In this document: in pieces, positions 23,801 to 38,800 of the stretch | How the letters are laid out: the number at the start of each line of letters is the position of its first letter | How positions within the stretch are numbered: position 1 is the stretch's first letter | NCBI GenBank assembly: GCA_964016885.1 | Contig: OZ024740.1 | Coordinates: 433,070,001-433,134,000 of the forward strand | Source: Eledone cirrhosa | Taxonomy: Eukaryota | Length of the DNA: 64,000 nt | Direction of reading: 5' to 3' | Program-made: the position numbers and the translations under genes | Notes under the pieces: generated by a model | The model's input: the letters and a program-made list of their open reading frames with translations, nothing else | What the model was told of the DNA's origin: nothing | Databases searched by the model: none

Positions 23801-26800
23801 GATATTTCCTACCCAGGCTCAAAGTTATATATTCCACAGTGACAAGATATTTCCTACCCAGACTCAAAGGTATATATTCCACAATGACAAGATATTTCCT
23901 ACCCAGGCTCAAAGGTATATATTCCACAGTGACAAGATATTTCCTACCCAGGCTCAAAGGTACATATTCCACAGTGACAAGATATTTGCTACCCAGGCTC
24001 AAAGTTATATATTCCACAGTGACAAGATATTTGCTACCCAGGCTCAAAGTTATATATTCCACAGTGACAAGATATTTCCTACCCAGACTCAAAGGTATAT
24101 ATTCCACAGTGACAAGATATTTCCTACCCAGGCTCAAAGGTACATATTCCACAGTGACAAGATATTTCCTACCCAGGCTCAAAGGTACATATTCCACAGT
24201 GACAAGATATTTCCTACTCAGGCTCAAAGGTACATATTCCACAGTGACAAGATATTTCCTACCCAGGCTCAAAGGTATATATTCCACAGTGACAAGATAT
24301 TTCCTACCCAGGGTCAAAGGTATATATTCCACAGTGACAAGATATTTCCTACCCAGTCTCAAAGGTATATATTCCACAGTGACAAGATATTTCCTACCCA
24401 GGCTCAAAGTTATATATTCCACAGTGACAAGATATTTCCTACCCAGGCTCAAAGGTATATATTCCACAGTGACAAGATATTTCCTACCCAGGCTCAAAGG
24501 TACATATTCCACAGTGACAAGATATTTGCTACCCAGGCTCAAAGTTATATATTCCACAGTGACAAGATATTTGCTACCCAGGCTCAAAGTTATATATTCC
24601 ACAGTGACAAGATATTTCCTACCCAGTCTCAAAGGTACATATTCCACAGTGACAAGATATTTCCTACCCAGGCTCAAAGTTATATATTCCACAGTGACAA
24701 GATATTTCCTACCCAGACTCAAAGGTATATATTCCACAGTGACAAGATATTTCCTACCCAGGCTCAAAGGTACATATTCCACAGTGACAAGATATTTCCT
24801 ACCCAGGCTCAAAGGTACATATTCCACAGTGACAAGATATTTCCTACTCAGGCTCAAAGGTACATATTCCACAGTGACAAGATATTTCCTACCCAGGCTC
24901 AAAGGTACATATTCCATCGTGACAAGATATTTCCTACCCAGGCTCAAAGTTATATATTCCACAGTGACAAGATATTTCCTACCCAGGCTCAAAGGTATAT
25001 ATTCCACAGTGACAAGATATTTCCTACCCAGTCTCAAAGGTATATATTCCACAGTGACAAGATATTTCCTACCCAGACTCAAAGGTATATATTCCACAGT
25101 GACAAGATATTTCCTACCCATGCTCAAAGGTATATATTCCAAAGTGACAAGATATTTCCTACCCAGACTCAAAGGTATATATTCCACAGTGACAAGATAT
25201 TTGCTACCCAGGCTCAAAGGTATATATTCCACAGTGACAAGATATTTCCTACCCAGGCTCAAAGGTATATATTCCACAGTGACAAGATATTTCCTACCCA
25301 GACTCAAAGGTACATATTCCACAATGACAAGATATTTCCTACCCAGGCTCAAAGTTACATATTCCACAATGACAAGATATTTCCTTCCCAGGCTCAAAGT
25401 TACATATTCCACAATGACAAGATATTTCCTACCTAGGCTCAAAGTTACATATTCCACAATGACAAGATATTTCCTACCCAGGCTCAAAGGTATACATTCC
25501 ACAGTCACAAGATATTTGCTACCCAGGCTCAAAGTTATATATACCACAGTGACAAGATATTTGCTACCCAGACTCAAAGGTATACATTCCACAGTGACAA
25601 GATATTTCCTACACAGGCTCAAAGGTATATATTCCACAGTGACAAGATATTTCCTACCCAGACTCAAAGGTATACATTCCACAGTGACAAGATATTTCCT
25701 ACCCAGGCTCAAAGGTACATATTCCAGAGTGACAAGATATTTCCTACCCAGGCTCACAGGTACATATTCCACCGTGACAAGATATTTCCTACCCAGGCTC
25801 AAAGGTACATATTCCATCGTGACAAGATATTTCCTACCCAGGCTCAAAGTTATATATTCCACAGTGACAAGATATTTCCTACCCAGGCTCAAAGGTATAT
25901 ATTCCACAGTGACAAGATATTTCCTACCCAGACTCAAAGGTATATATTCCACAGTGACAAGATATTTCCTACCCAGGCTCACAGGTACATATTCCACCGT
26001 GACAAGATATTTCCTACCCAGGCTCAAAGGTACATATTCCATCGTGACAAGATATTTCCTACCCAGGCTCAGTTATATATTCCACAGTGACAAGATATTT
26101 CCTACCCAGGCTCAAAGGTATATATTCCACAGTGACAAGATATTTCCTACCCAGACTCAAAGATATATATTCCACAGTGACAAGATATTTCCTACCCAGG
26201 CTCAAAGTTATATATTCCACAGTGACAAGATATTTCCTACTCAGGCTCAAAGGTATATATTCCACAGTGACAAGATATTTCCTACCCAGGCTCAAAGGTA
26301 TATATTCCACAGTGACAAGATATTTGCTACCCAGGCTCAAAGTTATATATGCCACAGTGACAAGATATTTGCTACCCAGACTCAAAGGTATATATTCCAC
26401 AGTGACAAGATATTTCCTACCCAGGCTCAAAGGTACATATTCCACAGTGACAAGATATTTCCTACCCAGGCTCAAAGTTATATATTCCACAGTGACAAGA
26501 TATTTCCTACCCAGGCTCAAAGGTACATATTCCACAGTGACAAGATATTTCCTACCCAGGCTCAAAGGTACATATTCCAGAGTGACAAGATATTTCCTAC
26601 CCAGTCTCACAGGTACATATTCCACCGTGACAAGATATTTCCTACCCAGGCTCAAAGGTACATATTCCATCGTGACAAGATATTTCCTACCCAGACTCAA
26701 AGTTATATATTCCACAGTGACAAGATATTTCCTACCCAGGCTCAAAGGTATATATTCCACCATGACAAGATATTTCCTACCCAGACTCAAAGGTATATAT

Positions 26801-29800
26801 TCCACAGTGACAAGATATTTCCTACCCAGGCTCAAAGTTATATATTCCACAGTGACAAGATATTTCCTACTCAGGCTCAAAGGTATATATTCCACAGTGA
26901 CAAGACATTTCCTACCCAGGCTCAAAGGTACATATTCCACAGTGACAAGATATTTGCTACCCAGGCTCAAAGTTATATATTCCACAGTGACAAGATATTT
27001 GCTACCCAGGCTCAAAGTTATATATTCCACAGTGACAAGATATTTCCTACCCAGACTCAAAGGTATATATTCCACAGTGACAAGATATTTCCTACCCAGG
27101 CTCAAAGGTACATATTCCACAGTGACAAGATATTTCCTACCCAGGCTCAAAGGTACATATTCCACAGTGACAAGATATTTCCTACTCAGGCTCAAAGGTA
27201 CATATTCCACAGTGACAAGATATTTCCTACCCAGGCTCAAAGGTACATATTCCACCGTGACAAGATATTTCCTACCCAGGCTCAAAGTTATATATTCCAC
27301 AGTGACAAGATATTTCCTACCCAGGCTCAAAGGTATATATTCCACAGTGACAAGATATTTCCTACCCAGGGTCAAAGGTATATATTCCACAGTGACAAGA
27401 TATTTCCTACCCAGTCTCAAAGGTATATATTCCACAGTGACAAGATATTTCCTACCCAGGCTCAAAGGTACATATTCCACAGTGACAAGATATTTCCTAC
27501 CCAGGCTCAAAGGTACATATTCCAGAGTGACAAGATATTTCCTACCCAGGCTCACAGGTACATATTCCACCGTGACAAGATATTTCCTACCCAGGCTCAA
27601 AGGTACATATTCCATCGTGACAAGATATTTCCTACCCAGGCTCAAAGTTATATATTCCACAGTGACAAGATATTTCCTACCCAGGCTCAAAGGTATATAT
27701 TCCACAGTGACAAGATATTTCCTACCCAGACTCAAAGGTATATATTCCACAGTGACAAGATATTTCCTACCCAGGCTCAAAGTTATATATTCCACAGTGA
27801 CAAGATATTTCCTACTCAGGCTCAAAAGTATATATTCCACAGTGACAAGATATTTCCTACCCAGGCTCAAAGGTACATATTCCACAGTGACAAGATATTT
27901 GCTACCCAGGCTCAAAGTTATATATTCCACAGTGACAAGATATTTGCTACCCAGGCTCAAAGTTATATATTCCACAGTGACAAGATATTTCCTACCCAGA
28001 TTCAAAGGTATATATTCCACAGTGACAAGATATTTCCTACCCAGGCTCAAAGGTACATATTCCACAGTGACAAGATATTTCCTACCCAGGCTCAAAGGTA
28101 CATATTCCACAGTGACAAGATATTTCCTACTCAGGCTCAAAGGTACATATTCCACAGTGACAAGATATTTCCTACCCAGGCTCAAAGGTACATATTCCAC
28201 CGTGACAAGATATTTCCTACCCAGGCTCAAAGTTATATATTCCACAGTGACAAGATATTTCCTACCCAGGCTCAAAGGTATATATTCCACAGTGACAAGA
28301 TATTTCCTACCCAGGGTCAAATGTATATATTCCACAGTGACAAGATATTTCCTACCCAGTCTCAAAGGTATATATTCCACAGTGACAAGATATTTCCTAC
28401 CCAGACTCAAAGGTATATATTCCACAGTGACAAGATATTTCCTACCCAGGCTCAAAGGTATATATTCCACAGTGACAATATATTTCCTACCCAGGCTCAA
28501 AGGTATATATTCCACAGTGACAAGATATTTCCTACCCATGCTCAAAGGTATATATTCCAAAGAGACAAGATATTTCCTACCCAGACTCAAAGGTATATAT
28601 TCCACAGTGATAAGATATTGGCTACCCAGGCTCAAAGGTATATATTCCACAGTGACAAGATATTTCCTACCCAGGCTCAAAGGTATATATTCCACAGTGA
28701 CAAGATATTTCCTACCCAGACTCAATGGTACATATTCCACAATGACAAGATATTTCCTACCCAGGCTCAAAGTTACATATTCCACAATGACAAGATATTT
28801 CCTACCCAGGCTCAAAGTTACATATTCCACAATGACAAGATATTTTCTACCTAGGCTCAAAGTTACATATTCCACAATGACAAGATATTTCCTACCCAGG
28901 CTCAAAGGTATACATTCCACAGTCACAAGATATTTGCTACCCAGGCTCAAAGTTATATATACCACAGTGACAAGATATTTGCTACCCAGATTCAAAGGTA
29001 TACATTCCACAGTTACAAGATATTTCCTACCCAGGCTCAAAGGTATATATTCCACAGTGACAAGATATTTCCTACCCAGACTCAAAGGTACATATTCCAC
29101 AATGACAAGATATTTCCTACCCAGGCTCAAAGTTACATATTCCACAATGACAAGATATTTCCTACCCAGGCTCAAAGTTACATATTCCACAATGACAAGA
29201 TATTTCCTACCTAGGCTCAAAGTTACATATTCCACAATGACAAGATATTTCCTACCCAGGCTCAAAGGTATACATTCCACAGTCACAAGATATTTGCTAC
29301 CCAGGCTCAAAGTTATATATACCACAGTGACAAGATATTTGCTACCCAGACTCAAAGGTATACATTCCACAGTGACAAGATATTTCCTACACAGGCTCAA
29401 AGGTATATATTCCACAGTGACAAGATATTTCCTACCCAGACTCAAAGGTATACATTCCACAGTGACAAGATATTTCCTACCCAGGCTCAAAGGTACATAT
29501 TCCACAATGACAAGATATTTCCTACCCAGGCTCAAAGTTACATATTCCACAATGACAAGATATTTCCTACCCAGACTCAAAGGTATATATTCCACAGTGA
29601 CAAGATATTTCCTACCCAGGCTCAAAGGTATATATTCCACAGTGACAAGATATTTTCTACCCAGGCTCAAAGGTATATATTCCACAGTGACAAGATATTT
29701 CCTACCCAGGCTCAAAGGTATATATTGCACAGTGACAAGATATTTGCTACCCAGGCTCAAAGTTATATATTCCACAGTGACAAGATATTTCCTACCCAGG

Positions 29801-32800
29801 CTCAAAGGTACATATTCCACAGTGACAAGATATTTCCTACCCAGGCTGAAAGGTATAGATTCCACAGTGACAAGATATTTCCTACACAGTCTCAAAGGTA
29901 TATATTCCACAGTGACAAGATATTTCCTACCCAGGCTCAAAGGTATATATTCCACAGTGACAAGATATTTGCTACCCAGGCTCAAAGTTATATATTCCAC
30001 AGTGAGAGATATTACCTACCCAGGCTCAAAGGTATATATTCCACAGTGACAAGATATTTGCTACCCAGGCTCAAAGTCATATATTCCACAGTGACAAGAT
30101 ATTTCCTACCCAGACTCAAAGGTATATATTCCACAGTGACAAGATATTTCCTACCCAGGCTCAAAGGTATATATTCCACAGTGACAAGATATTTCCTACC
30201 CAGGCTAAAAGGTATATATTCCACAGTGACAAGATATTTCCTACCCAGACTCAAAGGTACATATTCCACAATGACAAGATATTTCCTACCCAGGCTCAAA
30301 GTTACATATTCCACAATGACAAGATATTTCCTACCCAGGCTAAAAGTTACATATTCCACAATGACAAGATATTTCCTACCCAGGCTCAAAGTTATATATT
30401 CCACAATGACAAGATATTTCCTACCCAGGCTCAAAGTTACATATTCCACAATGACAAGATATTTCCTACCCAGGCTCAAAGGTATATATTCCACAGTGAC
30501 AAGATATTTCCTACCCAGGCTCAGAGGTACATATTCCACAGTGACAAGATATTTCCTACCCAGGCTCAAAGTTATATATTCCACAGTGACAAGATATTTC
30601 CTACCCAGGCTCAAAGGTACATATTCCACAGTGACAAGATATTTGCTACCCAGGCTCAAAGTTATATATTCCACAGTGACAAGATATTTCCTACCCAGGC
30701 TCAAAGTTATATATTCCACAGTGACAAGATATTTCCTACCCAGGCTCAAAGGTACATATTCCACAGTGACAAGATATTTCCTACCCAGCTCAAAGGTATA
30801 TATTCCACAGTGACAAGATATTTGCTACCCAGGCTCAAAGGTATATATTCCACAGTGACAAGATATTTCCTACCCAGGCTCAAAGGTACATATTCCAAAG
30901 TGACAAGATATTTCCTACCCAGGCTTAAAGGTATATATTCCACAATGACAAGATATTTCCTACCCAGGCTCAAAGTTACATATTCCACAATGACAAGATA
31001 TTTCCTACCCAGGCTCAAAGGTATATATTCCACAGTGACAAGATATTTCCTACCCAGGCTCAAAGGTACGTATTCCACGGTGACAAGATATTTCCTACCC
31101 AGACTCAAGGGTATATATTCCACAGTGACAAGATATTTCCTACCCAGTCTCAAAGGTATACATTCCACAGTGACAAGATATTTGCTACCCAGGCTCAAAG
31201 TTATATATTCCAGTGACAAGATATTTCCTACCCAGACTCAAAGGTATATATTCCACAGTGACAAGATATTTGCTACCCAGGCTCAAAGTTATATATTCCA
31301 CAGTGACAAGATATTTGCTACCCAGACTCAAAGGTATATATTCCAGTGACAAGATATTTCCTACCCAGTCTCAAAGGTATACATTCCACAGTAACAAGAT
31401 ATTTGCTACCCAGGCTCAAAGTTATATATTCCACAGTGACAAGATATTTGCTACCCAGACTCAAAGGTATATATTCCACAGTGACAAGATATTTCCTACC
31501 CAGGCTCAAAGGTATATATTCCACAGTGACAAGATATTTGCTACCCAGGCTCAAAGTTATATATTCGACAGTGAGAGATATTTCCTACCCAGGCTCAAAG
31601 TTATAGATTCCACAGTGACAAGATATTTCCTACCCAGACTCAAAGGTATATATTCCACAGTGACAAGATATTTCCTACCCAGGCTCAAAGGTATATATTC
31701 CACAGTGACAAGATATTTCCTTCCCAGACTCAAAGGTACATATTCCACAATGACAAGATATTTCCTACCCAGGCTCAAAGGTATATATTCCACAATGACA
31801 AGATATTTCCTACCCAGGCTCAAAGTTACATATTCCACAATGACAAGATATTTCCTACCCAGGCTCAAATGTATATATTCCACGGTGACAAGATATTTCC
31901 TACCCAGACTCAAAGGTATATATTCCACAGTGACAAGATATTTCCTACCCAGTCTCAAAGGTATACATTCCACAGTGACAAGATATTTGCTACCCAGGCT
32001 CAAAGTTATATATTCCACAGTGACAAGATATTTGCTACCCAGACTCAAAGGTATATATTCCACAGTGACAAGATATTTCCTACCCAGGCTCAAAGGTATA
32101 TATTCCACAGTGACAAGATATTTCCTACCCAGGCTCAAAGTTACATATTCCACAATGACAAGATATTTCCTACCCAGGCTCAAAGTTACATATTCAACAA
32201 TGACAAGATATTTCCTACCCAGGCTCAAAGTTACATATTCCACAATGACAAGATATTTCCTACCCAGGCTCAAAGGTATATATTCCACAGTGACAAGATA
32301 TTTCCTACCCAGGCTCAAAGGTATATATTCCAGTGACAAGATATTTGCTACCCAGGCTCAAAGGTATATATTCCACAGTGACAAGATATTTGCTACCCAG
32401 GCTCAAAGTTATATATTCCACAGTGAGAGATATTACCTACCCAGGCTCAAAGGTATATATTCCACAGTGACAAGATATTTCCTACCCAGACTCAAAGGTA
32501 CATATTCCACAATGACAAGATATTTCCTACCCAGGCTCAAAGTTACATATTCCACAATGACAAGATATTTCCTACCCAGGCTAAAAGTTACATATTCCAC
32601 AATGACAAGATATTTCCTACCCAGGCTCAAAGTTATATATTCCACAATGACAAGATATTTCCTACCCAGGCTCAAAGTTACATATTCCACAATGACAAGA
32701 TATTTCCTACCCAGGCTCAAAGGTATATATTCCACAGTGACAAGATATTTCCTACCCAAGCTCAGAGGTACATATTCCACAGTGACAAGATATTTCCTAC

Positions 32801-35800
32801 CCAGGCTCAAAGTTATATATTCCACAGTGACAAGATATTTCCCACCCAGGCTCAAAGGTACATATTCCACAGTGACAAGATATTTGCTACCCAGGCTCAA
32901 AGTTATATATTCCACAGTGACAAGATATTTCCTACCCAGGCTCAAAGTTATATATTCCACAGTGACAAGATATTTCCTACCCAGGCTCAAAGGTACATAT
33001 TCCACAGTGACAAGATATTTCCTACCCAGGCTCAAAGGTATATATTCCACAGTGACAAGATATTTCCTACCCAGGCTCAAAGGTATATATTCCACAGTGA
33101 CAAGATATTTCCTACCCAGGCTCAAAGGTACATATTCCACAGTGACAAGATATTTCCTACCCAGGCTCAAAGGTATATATTCCACAATGACAAGATATTT
33201 CCTACCCAGGCTCAAAGTTACATATTCCACAATGACAAGATATTTCCTACCCAGGCTCAAAGGTATATATTCCACAGTGACAAGATATTTCCTACCCAGA
33301 CTCAAAGGTACGTATTCCACGGTGACAAAATATTTCCTACCCAGACTCAAAGGTATATATTCCACAGTGACAAGATATTTCCTACCCAGTCTCAAAGGTA
33401 TACATTCCACAGTGACAAGATATTTGCTACCCAGGCTCAAAGTTATATATTCCACAGTGACAAGATATTTCCTACCCAGACTCAAAGGTATATATTCCAC
33501 AGTGACAAGATATTTGCTACCCAGGCTCAAAGTTATATATTCCACAGTGACAAGATATTTGCTACCCAGACTCAAAGGTATATATTCCAGTGACAAGATA
33601 TTTCCTACCCAGTCTGAAAGGTATACATTCCACAGTGACAAGATATTTGCTACCCAGGCTCAAAGTTATATATTCGACAGTGAGAGATATTTCCTACCCA
33701 GGCTCAAAGTTATAGATTCCACAGTGACAAGATATTTCCTACCCAGACTCAAAGGTATATATTCCACAGTGACAAGATATTTCCTACCCAGGCTCAAAGG
33801 TATTTATTCCACAGTGACAAGATATTTCCTTCCCAGACTCAAAGGTACATATTCCACAATGACAAGATATTTCCTACCCAGGCTCAAAGGTATATATTCC
33901 ACAATGACAAGATATTTCCTACCCAGGCTCAAAGTTACATATTCCACAATGACAAGATATTTCCTACCCAGGCTCAAAGGTATATATTCCACAGTGACAA
34001 GATATTTCCTACCCAGTCTCAAAGGTATACATTCCACAGTAACAAGATATTTGCTACCCAGGCTCAAAGTTATATATTCCACAGTGACAAGATATTTGCT
34101 ACCCAGACTCAAAGGTATATATTCCACAGTGACAAGATATTTCCTACCCAGGCTCAAAGGTATATATTCCACAGTGACAAGATATTTCCTACCCAGGCTC
34201 AAAGGTACATATTCCACAATGACAAGATATTTCCTACCCAGGCTCAAAGTTACATATTCAACAATGACAAGATATTTCCTACCCAGGCTCAAATTTACAT
34301 ATTCCACAATGACAAGATATTTCCTACCCAGGCTCAAAGGTATATATTCCACAGTGACAAGATATTTCCTACCCAGGCTCAAAGGTACATATTCCACAGT
34401 GACAAGATATTTCCTACCCAGGCTCAAAGTTATATATTCCACAGTGACAAGATATTTCCTACCCAGGCTCAAAGGTATATATTCCAGTGACAAGATATTT
34501 GCTAACCAGGCTCAAAGTTATATATTCCACAGTGACAAGATATTTCCTACCCAGACTCAAAGTTACATATTCCACAATGACAAGATATTTCCTACCCAGG
34601 CTCACAGATATACATTCCACAGTGACAAGATATTTGCTACTCAGGCTCAAAGTTACATATTCCACAATGACAAGATATTTCCTACCCAGGCTCAAAGGTA
34701 TATATTCCACAGTGACAAGATATTTCCTACCCAGGCTCAACGGTATATATTCCACAGTGACAAGATATTTGCTACCCAGGCTCAAAGTTATATATTCCAC
34801 AGTGACAAGATATTTCCTACCCAGGCTCAAAGGTACATATTCCACAGTGACAAGATATTTGCTACCCAGTCTCAAAGTTATATATTTCACAGTGACAAGA
34901 TATTTGCTACCCAGTATCAAAGTTATATATTCCACAGTGACAAGATATTTCCTACCCAGACTCAAAGGTATATATTCCACAGTGACAAGATATTTCCTAC
35001 CCAGGCTCAAAGGTACATATTCCACAGTGACAAGATATTTCCTACCCAGACTCAAAGGTACATATTCCACAATGACAAGATATTTCCTACCCAGGCTCAA
35101 AGTTACATATTCCACAGTGACAAGATATTTCCTACCCAGGCTCAAAGGTACATATTCCAGAGTGACAAGATATTTCCTACCCAGGCTCACAGGTACATAT
35201 TCCACCGTGACAAGATATTTCCTACCCAGGCTCAAAGGTACATATTCCATCGTGACAAGATATTTCCTACCCAGGCTCAAAGTTATATATTCCACAGTGA
35301 CAAGATATTTCCTACCCAGGCTCAAAGGTATATATTCCACAGTGACAAGATATTTCCTACCCAGACTCAAAGGTATATATTCCACAGTGACAAGATATTT
35401 CCTACCCAGGCTCAAAGTTATATATTCCACAGTGACAAGATATTTCCTACTCAGGCTCAAAGGTATATATTCCACAGTGACAAGATATTTCCTACCCAGG
35501 CTCAAAAGTACATATTCCACAGTGACAAGATATTTGCTACCCAGGCTCAAAGTTATATATTCCACAGTGACAAGATATTTGCTACCCAGGCTCAAAGTTA
35601 TATATTCCACAGTGACAAGATATTTCCTACCCAGACTCAAAGGTATATATTCCACAGTGACAAGATATTTCCTACCCAGGCTCAAAGGTACATATTCCAC
35701 AGTGACAAGATATTTCCTACCCAGGCTCAAAGGTACATATTCCACAGTGACAAGATATTTCCTACTCAGGCTCAAAGGTACATATTCCACAGTGACAAGA

Positions 35801-38800
35801 TATTTCCTACCCAGGCTCAAAGGTATATATTCCACAGTGACAAGATATTTCCTACCCAGGGTCAAAGGTATATATTCCACAGTGACAAGATATTTCCTAC
35901 CCAGTCTCAAAGGTATATATTCCACAGTGACAAGATATTTCCTACCCAGGCTCAAAGTTATATATTCCACAGTGACAAGATATTTCCTACCCAGGCTCAA
36001 AGGTATATATTCCACAGTGACAAGATATTTCCTACCCAGGCTCAAAGGTACATATTCCACAGTGACAAGATATTTGCTACCCAGGCTCAAAGTTATATAT
36101 TCCACAGTGACAAGATATTTGCTACCCAGGCTCAAAGTTATATATTCCACAGTGACAAGATATTTCCTACCCAGGGTCAAAGGTATATATTCCACAGTGA
36201 CAAGATATTTCCTACCCAGTCTCAAAGGTATATATTCCACAGTGACAAGATATTTCCTACCCAGGCTCAAAGTTATATATTCCACAGTGACAAGATATTT
36301 CCTACCCAGGCTCAAAGGTATATATTCCACAGTGACAAGATATTTCCTACCCAGGCTCAAAGGTACATATTCCACAGTGACAAGATATTTGCTAACCAGG
36401 CTCAAAGTTATATATTCCACAGTGACAAGATATTTGCTACCCAGGCTCAAAGTTATATATTCCACAGTGACAAGATATTTCCTACCCAGACTCAAAGGTA
36501 TATATTCCACAGTGACAAGATATTTCCTACCCAGGCTCAAAGGTACATATTCCACAGTGACAAGATATTTCCTACCCAGACTCAAAGGTACATATTCCAC
36601 AGTGACAAGATATTTCCTACTCAGGCTCAAAGGTACATATTCCACAGTGACAAGATATTTCCTACCCAGGCTCAAAGGTACATATTCCATCGTGACAAGA
36701 TATTTCCTACCCAGGCTCAAAGTTATGTATTCCACAGTGACAAGATATTTCCTACCCAGGCTCAAAGGTATATATTCCACAGTGACAAGATATTTCCTAC
36801 CCAGTCTCAAAGGTATATATTCCACAGTGACAAGATTTTTCCTACCCAGACTCAAAGGTATATATTCCACAGTGACAAGATATTTCCTACCCATGCTCAA
36901 AGGTATATATTCCAAAGTGACAAGATATTTCCTACCCAGACTCAAAGGTATATATTCCACAGTGACAAGATATTTGCTACCCAGGCTCAAAGGTATATAT
37001 TCCACAGTGACAAGATATTTCCTACCCAGGCTCAAAGGTATATATTCCACAGTGACAAGATATTTCCTACCCAGACTCAAAGGTACATATTCCACAATGA
37101 CAAGATATTTCCTACCCAGGCTCAAAGTTACATATTCCACAATGACAAGATATTTCCTACCTAGGCTCAAAGTTACATATTCCACAATGACAAGATATTT
37201 CCTACCCAGGCTCAAAGGTATACATTCCACAGTCACAAGATATTTGCTACCCAGGCTCAAAGTTATATATACCACAGTGACAAGATATTTGCTACCCAGA
37301 CTCAAAGGTATACATTCCACAGTGACAAGATATTTCCTACACAGGCTCAAAGGTATATATTCCACAGTGACAAGATATTTCCTACCCAGACTCAAAGGTA
37401 TACATTCCACAGTGACAAGATATTTCCTACCCAGGCTCAAAGGTACATATTCCAGAGTGACAAGATATTTCCTACCCAGGCTCACAGGTACATATTCCAC
37501 CGTGACAAGATATTTCCTACCCAGGCTCAAAGGTACATATTCCATCGTGACAAGATATTTCCTACCCAGGCTCAAAGTTATATATTCCACAGTGACAAGA
37601 TATTTCCTACCCAGGCTCAAAGGTATATATTCCACAGTGACAAGATATTTCCTACCCAGACTCAAAGGTATATATTCCACAGTGACAAGATATTTCCTAC
37701 CCAGGCTCACAGGTACATATTCCACCGTGACAAGATATTTCCTACCCAGGCTCAAAGGTATATATTCCACAGTGACAAGATATTTCCTACCCAGACTCAA
37801 AGGTATATATTCCACAGTGACAAGATATTTCCTACCCAGGCTCACAGGTACATATTCCACCGTGACAAGATATTTGCTACCCAGGCTCAAAGTTATACAT
37901 TCCATCGTGACAAGATATTTCCTACCCAGGCTCAGTTATATATTCCACAGTGACAAGATATTTCCTACCCAGGCTCAAAGGTATATATTCCACAGTGACA
38001 AGATATTTCCTACCCAGACTCAAAGATATATATTCCACAGTGACAAGATATTTCCTACCCAGGCTCAAAGTTATATATTCCACAGTGACAAGATATTTCC
38101 TACTCAGGCTCAAAGGTATATATTCCACAGTGACAAGATATTTCCTACCCAGGCTCAAAGGTATATATGCCACAGTGACAAGATATTTGCTACCCAGACT
38201 CAAAGGTATATATTCCACAGTGACAAGATATTTCCTACCCAGGCTCAAAGGTACATATTCCACAGTGACAAGATATTTCCTACCCAGGCTCAAAGTTATA
38301 TATTCCACAGTGACAAGATATTTCCTACCCAGGCTCAAAGGTACATATTCCACAGTGACAAGATATTTCCTACCCAGGCTCAAAGGTACATATTCCAGAG
38401 TGACAAGATATTTCCTACCCAGGCTCACAGGTACATATTCCACCGTGACAAGATATTTCCTACCCAGGCTCAAAGGTACATATTCCATCGTGACAAGATA
38501 TTTCCTACCCAGGCTCAAAGTTATATATTCCACAGTGACAAGATATTTCCTACCCAGGCTCAAAGGTATATATTCCACAGTGACAAGATATTTCCTACCC
38601 AGACTCAAAGGTATATATTCCACAGTGACAAGATATTTCCTACCCAGGCTCAAAGTTATATATTCCACAGTGACAAGATATTTCCTACTCAGGCTCAAAG
38701 GTATATATTCCACAGTGACAAGATATTTCCTACCCAGGCTCAAAGGTACATATTCCACAGTGACAAGATATTTGCTACCCAGGCTCAAAGTTATATATTC

